Shown: positions 9,251 through 15,371 of the stretch, piece by piece
Layout: each line of letters opens with the position of its first letter
Position numbering within the stretch: position 1 is the first letter of the stretch
Source of the DNA: Candidatus Parcubacteria bacterium
GTDB taxonomy: Bacteria; Patescibacteriota; Minisyncoccia; Minisyncoccales; UBA6532
DNA length: 29,830 nucleotides
NCBI GenBank assembly: GCA_030645645.1
Contig: JAUSNC010000006.1
Location: 1 to 29,830, forward strand
Direction of reading: 5' to 3'
The notes under the pieces: model-generated
The model's database searches: none
The model's input: only the letters and a program-made list of their open reading frames with translations
Told to the model about the DNA's origin: nothing
Translations under genes and position numbers: made by a program

Positions 9251-9352
9251 TTATTTCCCATGGCACTTCATATTCGCACTGCTGTACTCAGTATTTCGTC
9301 GCCTGCACTCATCAACTACGCGTTATCATGCGCCATGACAACGCTTATATTT
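9251..9352 (-). repeat. Repeat unit A (att-like; contains two secA-end relics and a 25-bp palindrome)
   Basis: Minus strand: AAATATAAG-cgtTGTCATGG-CGCATGATAA-cgcg-TAGTTGA-21 nt-TGAGTAC-...-aagTGCCATGGGAAATAA. Palindrome at 9320-9344: GCGTTGTCATG/CATGATAACGC. Confidence 0.75.
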
Positions 9353-9361
9353 CTCTCGTTA

Positions 9362-9619
9362 TTAAAAATAAATATCGTGATCGCCAACGGCAAGGAGTAC
9401 TGCCTCGGCGCGGGACAAATATAAAAATACAATGCGAAACCGATAATTTATCGCAAAACTATAACGCCCCGCAAGGCGCCCATGCAATTTATGAACCTTT
9501 AATATGCTATGATTTTTACGATCTTGGAATAAACTTATTTTTTCAAGAATCTCCTCTCGAAGAGGCCTATTAAGCACCTTGAATTGACGTACAAAGTTGG
9601 GCGCGTAAGATATTTTCAT
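9362..9619 (-). CDS. RelE/ParE-superfamily type II toxin (HigB/YafQ-like)
   Basis: 85 aa; HKLHGRLAGRYSFAINYRFRIVF and C-terminal VGDHDIY; directly downstream of the antitoxin. Confidence 0.85.
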   Translation of the reverse strand: MKISYAPNFVRQFKVLNRPLREEILEKISLFQDRKNHSILKVHKLHGRLAGRYSFAINYRFRIVFLYLSRAEAVLLAVGDHDIYF

Positions 9620-9624
9620 GCGGG

Positions 9625-9846
9625 TTACGGCATTTTGCCCGCAAGTTTTTTGAGATTACCCCGCAATACCTTGCCTTCATGAACCTCTTGTTCCGACTTT
9701 AAAACCGCCACAACAGCCTGTTCTTCGGCAAGAAACCGAAGCGCTTTGCGCACCACCTCCGCCTTGTTTTGTGCAAACCCCTCTTTTACCAGCATGTCAA
9801 TAAATTCTTCCAGCGTGGGACTTAATGGAATTGATAATGTTGCCAT
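9625..9846 (-). CDS. Ribbon-helix-helix (ParD-like) antitoxin
   Basis: 73 aa; N-terminal beta strand TLSIPL followed by helices with the NKAEVVRKALR RHH signature; 5 nt upstream of the toxin. Confidence 0.8.
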   Translation of the reverse strand: MATLSIPLSPTLEEFIDMLVKEGFAQNKAEVVRKALRFLAEEQAVVAVLKSEQEVHEGKVLRGNLKKLAGKMP

Positions 9847-9863
9847 AGTTTTGTATATAATTA

Positions 9864-9917
9864 TATGATATTATAATATTACAATATCATACTATCAAAC
9901 CATAATCAATCTGTCAA
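9864..9917 (-). promoter_or_regulatory. TA promoter with overlapping palindromic operator
   Basis: TTGACA (9917-9912)-17 nt-TAGTAT (9894-9889), with extended TG. 28-bp near-perfect palindrome TATGATATT-A-TAATATTA-C-AATATCATA at 9864-9891. Confidence 0.8.
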
Positions 9918-9922
9918 GATTA

Positions 9923-9994
9923 TTATCTTCCATGGCATTTTTGGTACTCATCCCATTATAGAAATTGTCATGCGGGAAAAATTTCCTTATATTT
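9923..9994 (-). repeat. Repeat unit B (att-like; ends in secA-end relic YQKCHGR*)
   Basis: Minus strand: AAATATAAG-11 nt-CGCATGACAA-tttctataatggga-TGAGTAC-caaaaa-TGCCATGGAAGATAA. Confidence 0.75.
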
Positions 9995-10024
9995 ACTGAC
10001 TTTTTGATGTTTTTTCGAAAAACC

Positions 10025-10074
10025 TGTCATGTGTTTTTTCGTCAACTATGCCGGTTTATAGAAAATGTCATGCG
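10025..10074 (-). repeat. Partial repeat unit C
   Basis: Plus 10056-10074 TTATAGAAAATGTCATGCG matches 9956-9974 at 18/19, exactly 100 bp apart. Also has TAGTTGAC (minus 10048-10041) and another TGTCATG at 10025-10031. Confidence 0.7.
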
Positions 10075-10080
10075 AGCTTT

Positions 10081-10533
10081 TCAACCAGAAACCACATAGG
10101 CAAGGACATCGAAGCTTGGATCGTGAAATTCAATCATCTCATACTCTGGCCGCTTAATGAGGCGCAAATTATCAGGATGGTCGGATAGGTAATCTTTCTT
10201 GAAGGATTCATAACCTGTCTCGAAGTCATTACATCCAACCTGTGGGCGTTCTGGGTCGGGCCTTCTAATTCGCAGGTGTGTTATCTGATTTTTCCCAGCA
10301 ATAATGGGCTCATTTAGCTCAACTCGCGGGCCGTTATTGTAGTTATATAGCTTTCCCATTTCTTCCAATATCTTGGTTAGCTTTTCGAACTCAGCTTCCG
10401 AGTGGGCAAATATCGTTAATGATTTAATTGGTAATTCTTTGTCGATTACTTTCCTAGCCAACTCAGAAGTCCTGATGGCTACATACTGCACCGCCTCGAC
10501 CAACTCTTCTTTGTTCTGGATCGATTTTTCCAT
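10081..10533 (-). CDS. Hypothetical protein, 150 aa (possibly VOC/glyoxalase-like fold)
   Basis: Probable start MEKSIQNK at 10533, 4 nt after the secA stop; the longer ORF-track start overlaps secA. Motif LRIRRPDPERPQVG..DF. Fold call is tentative. Confidence 0.7.
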   Translation of the reverse strand: MEKSIQNKEELVEAVQYVAIRTSELARKVIDKELPIKSLTIFAHSEAEFEKLTKILEEMGKLYNYNNGPRVELNEPIIAGKNQITHLRIRRPDPERPQVGCNDFETGYESFKKDYLSDHPDNLRLIKRPEYEMIEFHDPSFDVLAYVVSG

Positions 10534-10537
10534 GATT

Positions 10538-13012
10538 TTATCTCCCATGACACTTCTTAAATTTCTTACCGCTTCCGCAGGGACAGGGATCGTTCCTGCC
10601 TGCAACGCTCACGGACTTATTTATAGAAGAATTATTACTGGTTTGTGAAACAAAATTCTGAATAGGATTTTTCTGTTCGCGCATTTCCGCCTTAATAATG
10701 GATTGCACAATACCGCTCTCCATATTTTTTAAAAGATTCTGGAACATCAGTCTTGACTCTCCTTTATATTCTATTAAAGGATCTTTTTGTCCGTACGCTC
10801 TCAACCTGACTGTATCGCGAAGATGCTCCATATTATCCAGATGTTCCATCCATAAAAAATCCAAAATCTTCAGACTGGAAAATTTTTCAAGACTGCGCAT
10901 ATTTTCACTTCCTATCTCTTTTTCTTTTTTTACATAATCTTCTTCCGAAACACCGGAATTTCTGAACATCTCCAGAATATCTTCCTTTAAGGTTCCATCC
11001 TGCTCTTTCTTTAAAATCTCTCCTCTTTTTCTATAAATCACGTCCCTGTGCTTATTTAAAACGTCGTCGTAATCCAGAACATGCTTTCTTAAATCAAAAT
11101 TTGCTCCTTCAATTTTCTCCTGAGCGGATTCAATAACTCCGGAAACCATTTTGGCTTCTATTGGTTCGTCTTCCGGCACTTTAAGCATTTCCATTATGGA
11201 TTTAATTCTGTCTCCACCGAAAATCCTCATTAAATCGTCTTCTAAAGAAATAAAGAATTGGGTGGAACCGGGATCTCCCTGCCTGCCTGATCTTCCTCGT
11301 AATTGATTATCTATTCTTCTCGCTTCATGCCTTTCAGTGCCTATCACATGGAGCCCGCCTTGCTCTGTAACTTTTTGAGCCTCCTCTGGGCTCAGCGGAT
11401 TCCCACCGAGAACGATATCCACTCCACGGCCTGCCATATTGGTGGCAATTGTTACTGCGCCGAATCTTCCTGCTTGGGCTATTATTTCTCCTTCTTGTTC
11501 ATGATGCTTTGCATTTAGAATCTTATGAGGGATACCTTCTATGTCCAATAGTTTTCCCAGATATTCGTTTTTCTCTATTGAAACAGTTCCAACTAGAACG
11601 GGCTGGCCTTTTGCATGCATTTCTTTTATTTCTCTTACCACTGCCCTAAACTTTCCCTCCCCTGTTTTATAAATTCTGTCCGGCAAATCATTACGAACCA
11701 TCGGAAGATGAGTGGGAACTATTGCAGTATCCAGTTTATATACCTTTTCAAATTCCTCGGCGGAAGTGGCGGCAGTACCTGTCATTCCTGCCAACTTCTT
11801 ATACATTCTGAAATAATTTTGAAACGTAATTGAGCCTAATGTTAAGGATTCCGGTTGTAATGTAACACCTTCTTTAGCTTCAATGGCCTGGTGCAGTCCG
11901 CCTGACCATCTGCGCCCCGGCATTACCCTGCCAGTAAACTCATCTACAATAATTACCTGTCCGTCTTTCACAATATAGTCCTTGTCTCTGGCAAAAAGGG
12001 GCTGACCGGTTTTTGAATTTATCGCCTGCGCTCTCAATGCCTGCTCCAGGTGATGCAAATATCTTATTCCTTTTTCCTGATAAATATCTTTCATTCCTAA
12101 AATCTCTTCAACCTTCTCTATTCCATGCTCAGTTATTGTTACCGCTCTCATTTTCTCATCAATTTCATAATCAAGACTGGGGTCCAACCGGCGTATTATT
12201 CCGGCAAATTCAGAATACATTTTTGATGACTCCGTATCAGGGGATGAAATAATCAGAGGAGTTCTTGCTTCATCAATCAGAATAGAATCAACCTCGTCAA
12301 CTATGGCAAAATTATATCCGCGCTGAACCTGATCTTTTAAGTCATACGCCATGTTGTTGCGTAAATAATCAAATCCGTATTCATTATTAGTTCCATAGGT
12401 TATATCCGCTGAATATGCTTCTTTTCTTGAACACGGCCTTAAAAAATCCTCAACTACTTTAAATGCGCCGAGTTCATCTCTTATTTTATCCATCTTTTCA
12501 TCCTGTTTTTTAAAAGCCGGGTCATACAGGAAAGATTGGTCATGGTTTATACATCCGATTGTTAGTCCTAAAAAGTTGTATATCTGACCCATCCACACGG
12601 CATCTCTTCTTGCCAAATAATCATTCACTGTTACCAGATGGCAACCTTCTCCTGTCAGCGCATTTAAATATACAGCCAAAGTAGCGGTTAATGTTTTCCC
12701 TTCTCCTGTTTTCATTTCAGCAATCTTTCCCTGGTGCAGAACTATTCCTCCGATAAGCTGAACATTAAAATGACGCTGATTCAAAGTTCTTTTACTCGCC
12801 TCTCTTACCAGGGCAAAGGCTTCAGGAAGAATATCATCAAGTGTTTTGCCTTTTTTAAGACTTTCCTTTAATTCGTCAGTTTTTAGCCGCAGATCTTCAT
12901 TAGAAAAACCCTCGAATTTTGGTTCGAGGCGATTTATCATCTCAATCACCGGCTGTAACTCCTTTATATATTTATCGTTGGCGTCTCCGAATATTTTGGT
13001 TAGAAATGACAT
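10538..13012 (-). CDS. secA: Preprotein translocase ATPase SecA with SEC-C motif
   Basis: MKTGEGKT, DEVDSILIDEARTPLIIS, TNMAGRGVDI, RRIDNQLRGRSGRQGDPG; C-terminal GRNDPCPCGSGKKFKKCHGR. Confidence 0.98.
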   Translation of the reverse strand: MSFLTKIFGDANDKYIKELQPVIEMINRLEPKFEGFSNEDLRLKTDELKESLKKGKTLDDILPEAFALVREASKRTLNQRHFNVQLIGGIVLHQGKIAEMKTGEGKTLTATLAVYLNALTGEGCHLVTVNDYLARRDAVWMGQIYNFLGLTIGCINHDQSFLYDPAFKKQDEKMDKIRDELGAFKVVEDFLRPCSRKEAYSADITYGTNNEYGFDYLRNNMAYDLKDQVQRGYNFAIVDEVDSILIDEARTPLIISSPDTESSKMYSEFAGIIRRLDPSLDYEIDEKMRAVTITEHGIEKVEEILGMKDIYQEKGIRYLHHLEQALRAQAINSKTGQPLFARDKDYIVKDGQVIIVDEFTGRVMPGRRWSGGLHQAIEAKEGVTLQPESLTLGSITFQNYFRMYKKLAGMTGTAATSAEEFEKVYKLDTAIVPTHLPMVRNDLPDRIYKTGEGKFRAVVREIKEMHAKGQPVLVGTVSIEKNEYLGKLLDIEGIPHKILNAKHHEQEGEIIAQAGRFGAVTIATNMAGRGVDIVLGGNPLSPEEAQKVTEQGGLHVIGTERHEARRIDNQLRGRSGRQGDPGSTQFFISLEDDLMRIFGGDRIKSIMEMLKVPEDEPIEAKMVSGVIESAQEKIEGANFDLRKHVLDYDDVLNKHRDVIYRKRGEILKKEQDGTLKEDILEMFRNSGVSEEDYVKKEKEIGSENMRSLEKFSSLKILDFLWMEHLDNMEHLRDTVRLRAYGQKDPLIEYKGESRLMFQNLLKNMESGIVQSIIKAEMREQKNPIQNFVSQTSNNSSINKSVSVAGRNDPCPCGSGKKFKKCHGR

Positions 13013-13023
13013 TTTACCCTTAA

Positions 13024-13052
13024 ATAGTACCTAAAAAATGTCACTTTGTAAA
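13024..13052 (-). promoter_or_regulatory. Putative sigma70 promoter of secA
   Basis: TTTACA-17 nt-TACTAT, 11 nt before the ATG. Confidence 0.45.
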
Positions 13053-13082
13053 GAAAAGTGGCTCCTTAAGAGTTATTTTAGA

Positions 13083-13460
13083 TTAATGGATTATCAGCTT
13101 AACTTTCATCTTTTTCGCCTTAAAGAAACTCTTTGCGTATTTTGCCAATTTCTTTGAATCAAAAATGCTGCAGGAAAAAATATTCAAAAATGCTGTACTG
13201 TCATTCTCTATAAAGTGGCCTGTCATAGAACTTACTGAAAGGAATTGCAGAAAAGAATAACCCATGCCAAATAGGCCTCCTCCCATAAAGCGCTTGATAC
13301 GCGAGGGTCCGTATGTTTTAAGCTTCACTTTTTTACTTGCTTCCTGAATAAACTCTTTTATTTTTGATTTGGAGGATATTGTTTTAATATCACATTTGAA
13401 AAGTTCCAGAATGAGTTCCATTCCGTAAATTTTCCTCCCTTCCTTATTTCTTTTATGCAT
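13083..13460 (-). CDS. S-adenosylmethionine decarboxylase (SpeH/SpeD)-like pyruvoyl proenzyme
   Basis: 125 aa; G-x-x-L-I-L-E-L N-terminus, GYS...LSVSSMTGH (aligns with LSESHISIH), NIFSC. Substrate uncertain. Confidence 0.75.
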   Translation of the reverse strand: MHKRNKEGRKIYGMELILELFKCDIKTISSKSKIKEFIQEASKKVKLKTYGPSRIKRFMGGGLFGMGYSFLQFLSVSSMTGHFIENDSTAFLNIFSCSIFDSKKLAKYAKSFFKAKKMKVKLIIH

Positions 13461-13581
13461 ATATTTTCTGAATTGAAATCTTTACAGCAAGATTGAAAGC
13501 TGTTACGATTTATTCTAAAAATTTATTATTTATTAATTATTAATTTCTCTACCACATTGTCAGTGTGGAAAATTGAAATTA

Positions 13582-14886
13582 CTATAAATATCCCCAGGTC
13601 TGGAGCTTATCACTTTCCTGATACCATCTCACTCCTATATCAACCCTGTAAAACATATTCTGCAATCTTATATTTTTGATGTGGTTATATGCTTGTTTTC
13701 TTGCCTCCTCCACGGTTTGCCCGCACCCTGTAACCACAAGGGCATATCCAGATTTACCAGCTAATTTCAGTCTTCCTTCAACCATTTTAACATCTCCAAG
13801 ATGAATTCCATTTAAATTCGGGTCGGGCTGTCGAAATAAAATAGACAAGTCTTTATATGTAGAAATATCTTCTTTATCGGCAGAAACAAAAGGAATAAGG
13901 GCGATGACCACCCCGACCTGAAACCCGACTTTGGTTTTCAATTCAAAATTTTCTCCCTTGGCCAGACGATAAAAGAATTCGCCTTGAGGAGTGAGCATAC
14001 CTTCCATCTGTATGCTTATTGTGGGGTATCCGAATCTTGATGTGAATTCCAAAGGATAAATCCCCCTTCCGTTGGCAATGCAATTGATGTCAAAATAACC
14101 GACGTATCCGGATTTCGCCAATTCGGCTTTCATCTTTTCCAGGGTTTCCCTGAAAATGGCATTGGGTCGCGACCAAAACATGGATGTTCCCATCTCGCCC
14201 GTGAATGGCCCTATTTCTCCGGGAAATAATCTTTTGTGTTCAAAATTGACATTAATGGGATAAATAAAATCCTTTCCGTTGAAAAAAGCTCCTACCGCCA
14301 CTTCCACTCCGGCAACGTGTTTTTGCAGCTGAAAAGATTTCACCTTATTGGATAAAGATTTTTTATTAGAATCTATGATTTCCAAAAGATCTTTTCCGTC
14401 TTCCTCTTCTCCAACAAAAAGCAAACCATGCAAATCTCCTCCTCCAATAACATAATTTGGCTTAAAAACGTAGCGGCCGGGATTCTCCTTAATAAATTTT
14501 ATAGCCGAATCCAAATCAGAAAAATCCCAATGTGGCAGAACCAACATTCCGGTTTTTTTCATTTCCGTCTGGCCAAATTCCCTGTCTTCTTCCAGCTTAT
14601 CGGTATAGACGCTCCCACCCACAACTAGCTTTCCTTTCGCCCTTAATTTATCAGCATCTGCACCAAATCCTACATCATCAAAAATGACAACATCTGCCCA
14701 GTCAACCTGTTCTTCCCAGCTGCTGACTTTTTCCAAGATGCCGTCATAAACATCTATGTCGTCCTTCTCTTTTATATATACTTTAACTTGATGGCCTTCT
14801 TTCTGTATTTGCCAAGCCAAATCGCCGCTCAGACTTTCCCATGAAACGAATAAGAATTTTTTTGGAGTAGAATTATTATTATTCAT
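13582..14886 (-). CDS. Divergent PurD-like ATP-grasp ligase
   Basis: EHKRLFPGEIGPFTGEMG, EFTSRFGYP and YRVDIG resemble PurD motifs; lacks the N-terminal GxGGREH of bona fide PurD. Confidence 0.8.
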   Translation of the reverse strand: MNNNNSTPKKFLFVSWESLSGDLAWQIQKEGHQVKVYIKEKDDIDVYDGILEKVSSWEEQVDWADVVIFDDVGFGADADKLRAKGKLVVGGSVYTDKLEEDREFGQTEMKKTGMLVLPHWDFSDLDSAIKFIKENPGRYVFKPNYVIGGGDLHGLLFVGEEEDGKDLLEIIDSNKKSLSNKVKSFQLQKHVAGVEVAVGAFFNGKDFIYPINVNFEHKRLFPGEIGPFTGEMGTSMFWSRPNAIFRETLEKMKAELAKSGYVGYFDINCIANGRGIYPLEFTSRFGYPTISIQMEGMLTPQGEFFYRLAKGENFELKTKVGFQVGVVIALIPFVSADKEDISTYKDLSILFRQPDPNLNGIHLGDVKMVEGRLKLAGKSGYALVVTGCGQTVEEARKQAYNHIKNIRLQNMFYRVDIGVRWYQESDKLQTWGYL

Positions 14887-14893
14887 TAAAATT

Positions 14894-15259
14894 CTAAATC
14901 TTGTACTTCCGGGGCTTTCTTCTTAGATCAATCATTTTTTTCTTGCGGTTTTTAATCTGTCTCAATATTTCGTCTCTGACTTTTATTATTGCCGAACTCA
15001 TATTGTCGGCGTCCTCAATAGCATTTATAGTTTTGGGCGGAAAAAAAAGATTGCATTCTGCAGAAAAAATAGCACCTTTTTTATGATGTTTGGAATTTCT
15101 CCCAACTATTACACGGATTTCCGAAAGATCTTTTCCTTTTTCAGAATCACGTTTTTCAATATCTTTTAAAAATCTTTCTAGCTTTGCCATTTTCTCTTCA
15201 ATAAAGTCTTCCAGTACTTCTGTAATCTGAATATTTCTGGTTTCAATAATGATTTTCAT
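14894..15259 (-). CDS. hpf: Ribosome hibernation factor HPF/RaiA (short form)
   Basis: MKIIIETRNIQITEVLEDFIEEKMAKLERF...AECNL...A.EDADNMSSAI pattern; 121 aa. Confidence 0.88.
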   Translation of the reverse strand: MKIIIETRNIQITEVLEDFIEEKMAKLERFLKDIEKRDSEKGKDLSEIRVIVGRNSKHHKKGAIFSAECNLFFPPKTINAIEDADNMSSAIIKVRDEILRQIKNRKKKMIDLRRKPRKYKI

Positions 15260-15292
15260 TGATTATAAATAAAAAAATTACATCCTATCTTA

Positions 15293-15321
15293 ATTATTTT
15301 TCATTTCACAATGTTTGTCAA
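15293..15321 (-). promoter_or_regulatory. Sigma70 promoter for hpf and the PurD-like gene
   Basis: TTGACA (15321-15316)-17 nt-AATAAT (15298-15293). Confidence 0.65.
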
Positions 15322-15371
15322 TGCAAATAGTTAAAACCCTTTTTCAAAACCCTAAAAATGGTTGATACTAA

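Larger units (their letters stand above)
9251..10564 (-). mobile_element. Putative cassette/integration array anchored at the secA 3' end (hypothetical gene plus TA module)
   Basis: Copies of the secA terminal core TGYCATGG at 10552-10545 (secA itself), 9937-9930, 9340-9333 and 9265-9258 bracket the cargo genes. No integrase lies in the window. Confidence 0.55.

Noticed and set aside
9151-9279. dif/Xer-like site (GTGCGAATATAGTTAAAT) and 10-bp direct repeat ATATTCGCAC at 9162 and 9270
   Set aside because: About 9 nt too short for a 28-bp dif, with no central spacer; I cannot assign a role to the 10-bp repeat.
9284-9352. Hammerhead ribozyme (minus strand UUGAUGAG...GAAA)
   Set aside because: Stem II is only about 2 bp, and neither type I nor type III topology gives a proper stem I/III with a correctly placed NUH site.
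9328-9573. 81-aa plus-strand ORF
   Set aside because: Antisense shadow of the toxin gene; no recognisable features.
9956-10074. CRISPR array
   Set aside because: Only two 19-bp copies, no regular spacers and no cas genes.
9251-10080. Integron attC sites (CALIN)
   Set aside because: No RYYYAAC...GTTRRRY boxes in the right geometry and no intI in the window; only the gene-plus-repeat organisation is analogous.
10534-10605. N-terminal extension of the 174-aa ORF
   Set aside because: Overlaps the secA SEC-C coding region in another frame; the start at 10533 is more plausible.
13461-13581. Single DnaA-box-like TTTTCCACA, AATTGAAAT repeats and short hairpins upstream of the decarboxylase
   Set aside because: A single box and AT-rich 9-mers are expected by chance; there is no origin-like cluster.
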